From Euglena gracilis (lineage: Eukaryota): a stretch of DNA of 64,000 bases. The position numbers and the translations under genes are program-made. The notes beneath the pieces are model-generated. The model was given only the letters and a program-made list of their open reading frames with translations, was not told the DNA's origin and made no database searches. Location of the stretch: NCBI GenBank assembly GCA_039621445.1, contig CP154954.1:40913572-40977571 (forward strand), written 5' to 3'. Numbering within the stretch: the stretch's first letter is position 1; each line of letters begins with the position of its first letter. Of this stretch, positions 44,061 through 56,933 are shown piece by piece.

Positions 44061-45847
44061 GCGGACCGGCCGCTGCAGCTTCCGTTGCCAATTACTGCTG
44101 CTGTTGTATATAGCGGACTACACAGCGCGGATTCACAAATTCAGCATCAAAATAGCGCAAACCGCTCTCTAACTGTTCTGATGTTTTCCACTGCAGGCTC
44201 CCTCTCTGCACCTATGGTTTCAATTCAAGATTGCGCTTGCGGAACCAAGTCCAAGGTCAAATTGCATCAATTTTCAAGGAATTCAAAAAAAGGCGCTGGA
44301 ACCAAGAAAGTGCAAAAGTCCAAGAATATCAAAAATCCCAAGGGCGGAGCAAGCAAAAGATCAAAAGATTGGCTATCTGCTGGCGCTGGAGGAGCAGTAC
44401 AAGCAAAAAAGGTGTTGGTGCTGGGGTACAAGAAGCTCAAGGGACGCCAAGCCGGACTCCCCCCTCCAACCACTCCCAAAAAAAAGGAGGGCCTTCGGTC
44501 CCCGGGAAACAAATCCTGCGTGGGAAGGGGAGTATCCCGAACCTACCCCTCTCCCCAAAGCCCATCGCGCCTACCCCCCACCCCGCCGGTACCCCCTCAC
44601 GGACCCCCGGTGGCAGCTTCAAAAATTTTATAAATTAAACTGGGTGTTTCTGGGTTTTTCCCTTGAAATGACTACCCCCCCCAAATAGAGGGGGGGTCAC
44701 GTTAGGGGGTGGGGAGTCCTCAAGCCCCCCCCCAATTGTCCACCCCCCATGTCTCACCCCCCTCCACCCTTCAGGCACAAAAAAAGTGGCCGGCCCAGGG
44801 AAGCGGACATTTGGGGGGGGGGTCAAATTTGCTTTCGGCGCCTTCGGTGTCGCAAATTTCCACTTTCTTTGAGGGGGCAATTTTGGCAAACCGTTTTGGT
44901 CAATTTGGGGGGGGGGGGCACTGAGAGGGGGGTGAGGCATTTCCCCCTGTGCATGTGACGATTCTTTCCGCACCTTCTGCAGATTCAATTTCAAGAAAAG
45001 AGGATTTATTGAGGTTGAGATTTACCAGTGGAACCTGATTTTGAAGATTTGGATGATGATTGCTACGAAGGTGATGTCTCTCACGAGGTCAAAAATGGCA
45101 CTATTGAGTGTTTTTTGATTCAGCAAGGGAAAGCACGAGGTTTGACAGAAATTGAAACAATGGCCAATTTTGCTTTTAATGGGGTTTTTTTGAACCCCAC
45201 TTTATTTTTTTTGCCAATCAACGGAACCAAAATCTTGTGGTGACCCAAAGGTAGAAAAGGTGTTGGAGGATGCAAAAGGAAAACGGCAGATCGATGAACA
45301 TCATAACAGTATGGTATCATGTTATGTCTGGTAGCATTCTGTTTGTATGCTATCATACCCCCCCCCCTTATTGTCCCCCCCCCTTATCATAGTGGGCCGG
45401 CCTGTTTTTTTTGACGTTGTTTTTTTTGTTTTTTTTAATTCTAACAATGTTTTTTTAAGAAAAACAAAAAACGCCCAGTGGGTTTTGCATGGAAAAATTT
45501 TTGAATGCACATTTTCAATGATTTTTGGCAACTTCTGGGTAATTTCTGCCAAAAACATCCTTCCACAAAAATGAAAAAAGTCATAAAGTTCCATTTTTGT
45601 TGCATTTTTGGATGTTTTTGACCATTTTTGGCAGTTTTGAACTTAGTAGGATTCTGTGTCAAGAACTGTGTTTGGGCCAAGAGTTAGGGGGAGCCCAGGG
45701 GCGGGGACCGCGGCGCCGAAGGCGCCGTGGTCGCCCCTGGGCCCCCCTAAAACCTTGGCCCAAAACACTGTTCTTGTTCGTGTTTGGGCCGATTTCGAGA
45801 CTTTAAAAGTCTTAAATCTTCGCCCAAAACACGGTTTCTATATCGAG

Positions 45848-45969
45848 AACTGTGTCCCAGACGCCGGTTCGGGCGGGAAACCTGTGCCTGGGACGCCGGT
45901 TCGGGCGGTAGCCCGAACCGGCGTCCCAGGCACAGGTTTCCCGCCCGAACCGGCGTCTGGGACACAGTT
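45848..45969. repeat. Perfect 59-bp-arm inverted repeat with 4-nt loop
   Basis: Arms at 45848-45906 and 45911-45969, loop GGTA. Confidence 0.97.
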
Positions 45970-48900
45970 TTTGAAACCGTGGCTAGGGGGCTCCGGTTTC
46001 ATGCCCGAACCGGCGGCTAGGGAATCACGGCCAATTTCGCCCAAAATACCCATGTTTGGGGCAGTTTTGGGCGATTTTGGCCCAAATGGGCGGCCGGTCA
46101 AAAATGGCAGATTTCATACTTATGAAGGCATGTCACCCATTAATCGAAAGCTCTTTTAAAGGGCTTTCGACAGATGGCCACAGGATTCGGCCATAATCAT
46201 GCTTGTGCTTACCAACCGGGGGGGGGAGGGGGGGGTGGGTGCTATAGGGTGCCTGCCCCTAGCAGGCACACCCCCCCCCCCCGGGGGGGATAGGGGTCCG
46301 GGCCGGACCCAGAAAATTTTCATTGAAAATGGCCGTTTCCGGGCCCCCGGCGCCTTCGGCGCCGGGGTCGGAGGGGGGGAGATCAGGCGGTGAACTTTGG
46401 GTTTTTCGGGCGGGACCCCCCCCACCCCCCCCCCTCTTCATTGGAAATACATGGCGGTGAACTTCACCGGTGAAGTTTCTCCATTGAAATTCCTTTAGGG
46501 GCGAAGCCCCCCAACCCCCCCCCCACCCCTGCCTAATCTCCGGGGTGCCTGCTAGGGGCAGGCACCCCCCGAAACCCTACCCCCCCCCCCGGGGGGGGGG
46601 TCGGATCGGGTGCTATGGGGTGCCTGCCCCTAGCACCCCCCCCCCCCCCCCGTGGGGTAGGCACCCGACTAAGCACAAGCCTGGCCATAATGCACGCAGC
46701 GCTTATTTTCAGCGATCGTGTATTCCAAAATTTGACATCCTAATTTGTCAAAACCCACAGCTCAGGTTGCATATTGCATGTCAAACGAAAGGTCTCGCCA
46801 ACACCTTTCGCTTGGTACCCACAGAACTCAGCCAGATTTCAAAGCGCCCTCAAAATCAGCGATCGCATTTTTCCGCATTTTTCGGACCCCATTTGCATAT
46901 CTGAAATTCCACTTTTCAGCTGCCATGTTGCCCATCGATCGAAAGCTCCTCTCAAGGGCTTTCTGCAGATGGCCTTAGATTTCTGTCATGCTGCGTGGTA
47001 TTCTATTTCAGAAATTCTCCAAAACTGGCCAAAAGGAAATTGTTGCTCAAAAAACCCCAATTTTTGGCCCAACACCACCCAAAAACTGCTAAAATATGAA
47101 TGCCACCTGTCTACAAACCCTTTTGGACACTTTTTGGCACTTTTTATTTTGGGTCCCCCAGACGCCGGTTTCCCGCCCGAACCGGCGTCTGGGACGCCGG
47201 TTCGGCGCAGAAATTTCCCGCCCGAACCGGCGTCCCAGACGCCGGTTCGGGCATGAAACCGGAGCCCCCAGACACGGTTTCAAAGTATGGTTTGGGAGTT
47301 TCATAACGAGTTTTTTCAATGAAATTTTCCTTTTGTTTTTTTTTGATGTTTTTTTTACTGTTTTTTTTTAAGAAAAACACGTTGTTTTGTTTTTTTTAAA
47401 AAAAACAAAAAAAATGCCCACTATGCCCCTTATTGTCCCTGGGCCCCGGCCGACGGGGGATTTTTTGGCCCGGCCAATGAAAATTCCTTTGGTACCCCCT
47501 TAAAAAAAAAATTTTTTTTAAAAAAAATTTTTTTTTGGGGGGGGGATTTAAAAAAATTTTTTTTTTTTTTTTTGGGGGGGTAAAATTGGCCCCCACCCAT
47601 TGTTGTCCGGTCGGGCCTCCCGGGGAGAAGTGGGTGGGACAATAAGGGGGGGGGGGTATTGGATCATTTTTCAGATGTGAGATTGAGGCAAGCGTTCCAG
47701 GAAAAGCCGCCCGAAATTTGCACCGGAAAATTGCCGAAATTTCGCTGTTCGGGGGTGTTGACCAGCAGTTTTTCCAGCAATAATCGGGTTTCTGGGGCCC
47801 GGGAGCCCAGCTAACCCGCTCCCGGAGGCTAGTCGCATTTATTGGCAACCCCGCTTTTCTTGGGATTGAGGCAATCTGGCCCCGAAAATCACGCCCCCAC
47901 GCCTCGATTTCACAGATAAAAAATTGTTAAAATTTTGCAATTCGGGGGGGGGGGGTTGAGCAGTTGTATTCCCCCTCCCCAAATAGCAAAATTTTGACAA
48001 TTTTTTGGGCGTCCGTCGGGGAGTGGTGTGTGCAAGACTGGGCATTCAATTCGCTCGTGAAAATTTTCCATCGTGAAATTTATGGCCGGCCGTTGAAAAT
48101 TTCACGCATTTTTTTCAAAAATTTCATTTGTACTTAGTATGGAAGACGTATTTTCCTTCGTTTGCCCTATTGCTCGGAACGAAGATTTGATTTTCTGAAA
48201 AAATAAAAAATCGTGAAATTTGCCCAGTCTTGGGTGTGTGCCAAACCGTGTCACCTGCCCCCCGGGACCAGGTCAGTTGGGTTCCCCACCCCCCAAAACC
48301 CCAGAGTCACCTGAACCGCTGCTGGTCAACATCCCACAATGGCAAAATTATGGCAATTTTTTGGTGTAAATCGGGGGCGATTGTTCGCTGCACGACCACT
48401 ATCCCCCCAAACGTCAGGGTCAGATTTTTTTTCGTGAAGGGTCAGGTCCCGGGGGCTGTTCTGGCACCCCACATTTCCTTCAACCTGGCCCTGAAAATCA
48501 CGTCCCCCGACCCGATCGACAGCCTCAAAATTGTCAAAGTTCTGCAATTCGGGGGGTTGAGCAACCGTTTTCCCACCTCGAAAGGCAAAATTTTGATAAC
48601 CTTTGGGTGTTAATCGGGGCTGGGGGGGGTCCCGGAAACCCTCCTCCTCATCTGCCTCGTTGAAGTTAGCTTACCCCCCTTATTGCCCCCCCCCCCCTAT
48701 TGTCCCTGGGCCCTGGCCGATGGGGGGTTTTTTGGCTCGGCCAATGAAATTCCTTTGGTTGTCCCTCGTGGTTCGGGACGCGGGGGGGGACGGGGGGGGG
48801 ACACGCGGGGGGGGGGACTGTGGCCCAACTACCCCCATATGTTTTCCTTGGAGTCGCCCAAATTTGCATGTAATTTTCCTTTGGTTGACCAAAAAATGTG

Positions 48901-50673
48901 CCTGGCCAGAGTCCGGGACGTGGGGGGGACGCGGGGGGGGGACGCGGGGGGGACACAGGGGGAACACCCCCTTATTGTCCGATCGGGCCTCCCGGGGGCA
49001 GGTCAGTGGGACAAAAAGGGGGGGTAACTAACTTTATTTCACCACCTCACCCCCCCCCTCAAGGTGGCCACCCTCCAGGCATCGTGGGACCCAAATGGCC
49101 ACTCCGGGGGGGGACACTTTGGAGTGAAGTTACCTTAACTTCACTTGTGAAGTTGACTTCGCTGGTGAAGTTACACCTAACACTCACAATTTTGGGACGT
49201 CCCGCCAAAATTGTTGGCCACTTTTGCCACAATTTTGGGCTCTTTTGCCAAAACGCCTGGGACCTTTCGCCAAAATTTTTGGGACCGTTGCCGAATTTTT
49301 GGGATTCCATTGCAGGGATTTTGGTACTCGGCGGTCAAAATTTTTGGGACTTTTTGCAAAAGCTCTCTGAATCCAACAAATCACTCTCTGAACAAACCAT
49401 TGCAACCCCACGGCTCTTCCAAGCAACACAGCTGATGTAAATCATACCCAGTGTTCGGGGGAACACCACATTTTTTTCACCGAACCCAAGGTATGGAACT
49501 TATTTTCCATATCTTGGACACCATCTTGGACACCAAATTAGGAACTGGCCGAGAAAGAGGTGCTGCCTGGACCCCCCCCAGGGGGTGGCAGGGATGATCA
49601 ATTGACCGCCAGCGCAGGGAAGTGAATTACCGCGATCAACTGGGGGCCTCAGGTTGATTACCTTTTCGGGGCCAGACTGCCTCAATGCCAGGAAATGGGG
49701 GGGGGGTGCCAAAAAGTACGACCAGCAAATATGGTCGCACTGGTGAGATGACGGTCTTCATCGCAGAGTCCCCGTGACTCGGCACCTGACACACAAAGTA
49801 CACGAGCTCCGACTGCGGAACAAGGCGCAGCTGCGTCCAGTTCCACAGTCACGCCAGCAGTGGTTCCGGGTATAATGGATTTTGGGGGGAGCAGACAATA
49901 TCACATGTGTCGGTGTGTGTACAACGACATGACTTGTTGCAGGTGGTGGTGCTGCTTCGATCACAGTCGATTTGGGTGTTGTCACCACTTCAGGTGTTTG
50001 TACAGGTAGTTGTTTCCGTGAAGACCCCCCGAATTACGAAACATTGGCAATTTCCGGTTGGTTGATATAAAAACCGGAGGTGGGTGAGGGGGGGGTGGGG
50101 GGGGGGGGGGGGAGTGGGGCGTGATTTTCAGGGCCAGATTGCCTCAATGCCAGGAAATAGGTGGTGCCAAAGAGCGCAACCAGCCCTTGGTACCAGATCG
50201 GCTTGATTCCCCGCTCTCAGAAACCGCATTAATGCCAGGACACTTGCGACTTCAACTTCCCACAATAACGAAATTTTTGGCAATTTTTCGGTGCCAATTG
50301 CGGCAACCAAACCGGATCTTATAAACCCCGGGGGTTTACAAATAGGGGTGGGGTATACCTTAGGGGGTGGGGGGATGATACTCAGAAAATGTATATCTCA
50401 GGTAGGCTATTACCCTACAGAACAATCCTCGCAGGTCGCATGTCAATAAAATTTCAAAAAAAACAAACCACAGGCTGTGACAGCTTTGGGGTTTCTGCCC
50501 TGTTCCTGGCCAATTGTTGTGGCCCAAGGGGTGGTTATAAGATTGGGGGGGGGGCAGGTGTCACTCCCAAAATGGTGAGAGTTCTGCACAGAAAGGGAAA
50601 ACAAAACGCAGCCGAAGGGGGGAAATGCCTGTGTCTGGGGAGAATGGATGAAGACCAGTGCCTCCGGGATCTG

Positions 50674-51017
50674 TTAAAAACGTGTTCAGCCCGCCAAATG
50701 CCTGCCCTGAAATTCGTGGTCATGAACACGTTTTCTATGAGGGCATTTGTGGCAATGACACGTTTTCAGTGAAGGCATCTGTGTTCAGGCACGTTTTCAA
50801 TGAGGGCGCAGTTTTTTGGGTCCGAATTTCACAAAATCGCGTTTTTGACCCCTTGCGTGAATCATGACCACGAATTTCAGGGCAGGCATTTGGCGGGCTC
50901 TGAACACGTTTTTAAACAAATTGTGGCTGAGCCCAGATTTCAGCCTGAAAACGTGTTCAGGGGGCCCCCTGGCTGAACACGTTTTCAGGCTGAAATCTGG
51001 GCTCAGCCACAATTTGT
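50674..51017. repeat. Two adjacent long inverted repeats
   Basis: IR1 arms at about 50674-50725 and 50862-50915. IR2 has perfect 45-bp arms at 50916-50960 and 50973-51017. Confidence 0.95.
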
Positions 51018-51734
51018 GTATAGAAAGACATCAGGTGCCACTTCCACATTGTTGACAAATCCCTGAGAGAAACAGGCAAAAACGGCAGTTGAACCTCCAA
51101 AGCAACTGTCACCTGGCACGTCGACTGCCCTGGCAACTTCCCACAAAGGCGCAGTTCCAAAAAAAACTACAATTATGCCAAAGAATAGATTTTTTGACCC
51201 CGAAACCCCCCAAAAAACACAAAAACAGCAACGTGCATCTGCGTCGGGAAAGAAAAATTTTCTGGTAATTTTGAGGGGGGTTCTGGACCTCCCCCCCACC
51301 CACCCTGAGAAGGGGTTGGGGCTGGTTGCCCCTTAACGCTCGCTTAGTACCATGGGGTTGGCTGGATGCAGGAACTGCATCGACTTTCGGCAGGCCACAC
51401 TGTCACGTCTTCTGGCGGGGGCACCGCAGCAGCACGGCGGGATCCTTCGCCCGCTGCGCTGCGCTGCGTCCCGCTGCGCGGCGGCCCTGAGCTGCGGCCG
51501 GGGCCCGCTTCGGCCGCTCCGGCAGCCGGCGGTGGCGCCGCTGCCGCCTGGCAACCCCAATGGATGTCCCATGGAACACAACACCGCACAAAAGTAACAC
51601 AAAACGGGGTAATGAAACCCGGCAAACCTGCCTAACCTTCAGGGGGGGAGCGGTTGCTCCAACGCACAAACCACCATGCGACCGGCATCAGCAGGGTCAT
51701 CAGGATGGGTCGGTTCGCAGTGTTTCGGCCGCAC

Positions 51735-51930
51735 CGGCCATTTGCTCGTTTCAGATGCACTAGCAGCCATTTGCTGCACTAGCAGCCATTTGCTGCACCA
51801 GCGGCCATTTGCTTGCTTCGGCCTCGCCGGCGGCCATTTGCTTGCTTCAACCTCGCCGACGGCCATTTGCTTGCTTCGGCCGCACTAGCAGCCATTTGCT
51901 CCACCGGTGGCCATTTGCTCGCTTCGGCAA
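51735..51930. repeat. Degenerate minisatellite (GCCATTTGCT core)
   Basis: Directly visible. Confidence 0.85.
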
Positions 51931-53162
51931 CACTGGGCCACGTCACTTCAGTCACCTTGAGCCAAGTTACAAGTGCCTGGCCGGGACATCATACGCCTGG
52001 TGGTGGCAGTATGTGGGCCCATTGGCACCCTGGCAGAAAAACCCCAGGCTGAAACTTTGGGAAATACCGGAACGGCAGTGCCAAAATTTGGGGGAAAACA
52101 AACAGTGCCAGAAAAATGCAGAAACCACAAAGCAAAATTGCTGGAGGGCACCCTCCCCGCCAGCCAGCTCAAATCCAGCCAGCAGCCCAAATTCGGGCTG
52201 GGAGCCCCCTCAGGGGGGGGGGGGGTCGAGTGAAATAAAGTTGGGTCCAGCCCGGCCTCTGGCCGCCCGCTAGCTGGCCAGCCAACTGGGCTGCCCAGCT
52301 CACCTATCTATGCATCCCCCCATCACAGCTTCCTCCATCTCAGCCCCCAGCCTTGATCCAGGTCCATCCATCCAAAAATGTGTTAAAAAATTTGGTTTTC
52401 ATCGACCCAACCCAGCCAGCCCGCTCCAGCCCCGGACCCCCCTGGATCACAAAATTGTTATTTATACACACATATGTTATTCTTAATAGTATGGGGGTGT
52501 TCCCCCCGCGTCCCCCCCGCGTCCCCCCCCGCGTCCCCCCCGCGTCCCGGATTTTGGCCGGGCATGTTTTTTTGGTTGACCAAAGGAAAATTACATGCAA
52601 ATTTGGGTGACGCCAAAGAAAACGTGTGGGGTGGTTGGGCCTTGGTCCCCCCCCGCGTCCCCCCCGCGTCCCCCCCCGCGTCCCCCCCCGCGTCCCGAAC
52701 CACCCCCTATAAAACTTTTATATAATACACATAATATTTTAATTAAATTAATAATTACAATTGGGGGTGCTGGGAGGGAGTACCAGGGGTGGGGGGTTGG
52801 TGCTTGAAAAAAAACTTGCGAAAAATTTCTATTATGTTGGCGGGATTTTTTGGAGGGGGTTATGAAAACGGTTACCTTCGCCGTTTGCATGTGTTGCCGG
52901 GGTGCTGGGAGGGAATATCAGGGATGGGAGAGGACGGTGCTCAAAAAAACCTTGAAAAAAGGAAATTTTTGGCGGGCGACCATCAGGGCGGGGGGTGACC
53001 CATGGACCCATGTAAATGCAGGGTAAATTGAGTACCCCCCCCCTAATTGTCACCCCTCCCTAACAGTCGCCAGGGGGGGTCAAAACGTTCCCGGGGGGGT
53101 GCCAAGGGGGGGTCACGTTATTTCCATGGCCCGAAGCCCTTCTTGAAAATCGACTGATATTA

Positions 53163-53495
53163 CCATCCCCCCCCCCCCGAGTTAGTCACCCCCCCCCCTG
53201 TTGGTCACCTTTGGGCCCCCGGGCAAAAGGTTTTTTTTGAAGGGATATATTTTTCTTTGAAAAAAAAGCCGAATTCGGCCGTCGCAATTTTTTTTTTTTG
53301 CAGGTTGCCATCCATGAAATGGGCCCTGGAATGCCAAAAACAACCTTGAAACCCCCTAGGGTTTGGGTGGGGGAGGGCAAAATTTGGGCATAAATTGCCC
53401 CCACCCCCCGAGTTAGTCACCCCCCCCCTATTGGTCACTCTGGCCGAATTTCCCTTCCAGGGGGGTGACTAACTCGGGGGGGGGGGAGGGCACGG
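53163..53495. mobile_element. MITE with TIR core CCCCGAGTTAGTCACCCCC (Tc1/pogo-like ends)
   Basis: Inverted termini with TA on the left flank. Confidence 0.7.
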
Positions 53496-54450
53496 TGATA
53501 GATTTTAGCAGGGGCGCCCGTGACAATGACAATTTTCAAGCCAGGCGTTCTTATTATAAAACGATTTTTGAAGAGGCTCCGTTTTCTTGCAGTTGGGAGA
53601 TAGGCAGCTGGTAAACTGATGGAATAGATTACTACCCCCCTCACCCCCCTCAGAGTGGCCAAGAATTTTTGGCAAATTTGGTGCCCCCCCCCAAAGTGGT
53701 TATTTTCTTCTGGCGCCGAAGGCGCCAAAGCCCAAAAACTGACCCCCCCCCCCCAAAGTGTCCCCTCCCCCAGAGTGGCCGTTTTGGGGTGCCGTGGTGC
53801 CCAGAGGGGCGGGTGAGGGTATGTGAATCAGAACTTGTAGATGCATTTGTACGCACAGTGTGTGTAGGGATTAGCGTCCCAAAGCTCAACAAGAGCTAGG
53901 AAAAGAACCTCCGCACGCAACCCAGTTTGAAACACAAAAATGAGGAGGTTCCAATGCTGGTTTTCCAACGGATTCTTGGAATTGAATTGTGTCGACAATG
54001 ACAACAATTCACACAAAATCCCAGAGCCCTCTTTTTGAGCAGATGATCACCTTGTGAGCGTTCTCTTCAAAGCGGGTGGGATGAATTCATTCAGCAAAGG
54101 AAATTGCCTGGGTGCTGAGGCCACAAGGGCAACATCCGGGACCCTTTGGTTGCACACTCGCATCAAGGCGTTTACATAATTTCGCCAAGAGCCGACGTCT
54201 CTCGCACTGACACATTTTGTTCCTCATGTTGTTTGTTGCAAGCCTCAGGCTTCCTGCTCATCAAACAAAAAAAAACTGCCTGAATGCAACGACGTCCCCA
54301 CGCATGCAAAAACTCATCAATTGATGCATATTTCACACCTAGTTGGTCGCAAAGATCAACGAAGGACAAAAAAAATGAGCCAAACTGGCTGGCTGCACGT
54401 TCTGAGAACCTGGAGTTTTGGGAGGGGGTCAGGTCATGGGGACACAGGGG

Positions 54451-54501
54451 GGGTTAGGGTTAGGGTTACCCTAACCCTAACCCTAACCCAAACCCTAACC
54501 C
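54451..54501. repeat. Inverted interstitial telomeric repeats (GGGTTA)3/(CCCTAA)~5
   Basis: Directly visible. Confidence 0.9.
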
Positions 54502-56168
54502 ATAGCCCTTGAAAAAATCCCTGTTTGGAGGCCAGGAAAAGTGCACTAAGTCCATGGTCTTAGTGGTCAGGTTCCACCCGTTGGGTACTGAAGCAGGGTT
54601 GACGTTTTTTTGTTTTTTTCAAAAAAAACGTGTGTTTTTATTAAAGAAACGCCAAAAACCATGTTTTTTTTTAAAAAAAAAAGCAAAAATTGACCTTTTT
54701 CTTTGGGAAATGGCCATTTTTTGAGGAAAATTTTTTCGGGGGTGGTTCAGGTCACGGGAAGGGGGTCACGGGGATACTTTCACACATAGAAAAACCTTTA
54801 GAGGGGGTGTTCCCCCGTGACCCACCCCCCGACCCGACCTAAGACCCTTTTCGGCCAATTTTGAAAAAAAAATTTTGGCCGGTGATGCCTAATTTGACAA
54901 AATATTCAGGTAGATTCCCAATTTTGAGGCATAAATTTTGCAAATTTTGGAATGTGATGCCTAATTTGGTGTCAAAGTACCAATTTAGGTTGGGGGATTC
55001 CTAATTTGGCGCCTAAAAAGGATTTTTTCCCCAAAAATTTGTTTTCGGTGATTCCTGGTTTGGCCACCGAAAAAATCTGTGTTTTTTGGTGCAAAAAATC
55101 ATGCTTTCAACCCCCCCAAAAAAACAAAAAAATGAATCCTGCAGGGATAAAAAATGCACTTTATTCTAAAAAAAACATTTTTTTCACCCAAACCCTCCAT
55201 GATGCTTTTTTTTACTTTTTCAAAAAAAACAAACCGTCAACCTTGTACTTGAGGGGACCAAAAGGAGATTTTTGACTCTTTTGTGGCCACTTTTGGCCTT
55301 TTGTTGGCTCACAATTTCTTCGGACATCGAAACCACCTTTAAAAAACCTCTTGGGACATTTTTTTGGAAACCCAACTATAAGAAACGGGTCTCTCACAGG
55401 TGGGGTGGGTCATCTCACAGTCTGTTGCATTTGTGAGGCATGTTCTCAAAATTTTTTTTGATGTTTTAGGATTTCAAACATAACAAAAACAAACAAAGGA
55501 ATATGTGTTTCTATATATACATATATAACGTATATATACATATATAATATATGTATGAACCATGCCCCCCCCCTTTACTGTTCCCCCCTTACTGTTTTCA
55601 TTGGGGGGACGGGAACAGTACAGTGTCATAGCACTTTTGTAAAGGATTCTTGGCACAAGGCAAAAAGGGGAATCTTTTGGTCGGTTTTAGGTGCTTTCCA
55701 TCCCACCAAAATCCAACTTTATGCCAAAACTTTATGCCGGACATTGTGGAGGTGCAATTTTCAAGCATGTAAACCATTTTGGCATTTTGGGTAACCTTTT
55801 GGGTCAAACTTGGGACTCAAAAGGGGGCACGGGAGGGGGGGGGCATGGTATATATATTTATATAAAGGAATATATACATACATGTGTGTGTGCGTGTCTA
55901 CACAGACATGCATACATGAATATTTTCATTTGTATGTGTTTATGTGCACCCCCATTACGTACCCCCATTATGTACCCCTTGGGGGGGTACATAATGGGGG
56001 GGGGGGCAGTCCCAAGAGGAATGCACCTCGCCCGGCCATCCGCAGGCATGTTCCGCCCATTGTGAACCCCCCCCCATTGTACCTCCCCCCCAGTTTCGGC
56101 CTCCCGGAGGAGGTATATAATGGGGGGGGATGGTATATATGTATATATGCACACACATATACATATAT

Positions 56169-56211
<43 letters not shown>

Positions 56212-56933
56212 TACATATATATATATATATATACATTCGGAAACAATAAACAAGGGATTTGCCCCCCAAAACGGGGTGGAAACACAAGGGATTTTGTTAT
56301 TTTGGGGCCCTCAGACAGACTCAGTTGCGGGTCGGGCCAGGCCGGGTCGGGCTACTGGGCTGAGGGCAGGCCGGGCTGGACTGCTGGGCCATCAGACCCC
56401 GGTGGGGGAATGCGTGCGTGGGCAGGCACCCCAAGGCACCCAGATCCGACCCCCCCAGGGCCAGGGGATTTCAAAACTCCCTATCCCCCTGGGCCGCCAC
56501 ACTGCAACCCGGCTCTGGGCTATATTTAAGGGCTTCTGAGAGTTGCTGGTTGGTTTTGCCCCCCAAGGATAGGGAAGTAACCCCTCCCCCCAGACGTTGG
56601 GAGGGTCCGGCCCTCCCACTCCTCCTCCTTGAAAGGTTCCAATGGCAGTGAAATTTTTACTGCCATTGGAAATTTTTACTGCCAAGTACTGCGCGCCGGA
56701 AAATGAGCAAAACAACACCCTTCTTCCTCACTTTGGACATATTGCCCGTTTTTTTTTTGATGTTTTGGTGGTCTCCACATGAAAAATGTGAAATAATTCA
56801 AAAAAATGAGTGTTTTCGGGTTCAAAAAAAATTGGGTATTTTCACCAAATTTGGCCCGATTTCTGGCCGGGCGGCGGCCACGATGGGCCCCTCCTCCTCC
56901 GCACCCCTGGTCCTTTGCCCCGCCTTCCCCCAG

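Noticed and set aside
44058-44638. Lys-rich ORF, superficially histone-like
   Set aside because: No histone-fold motif is recognisable.
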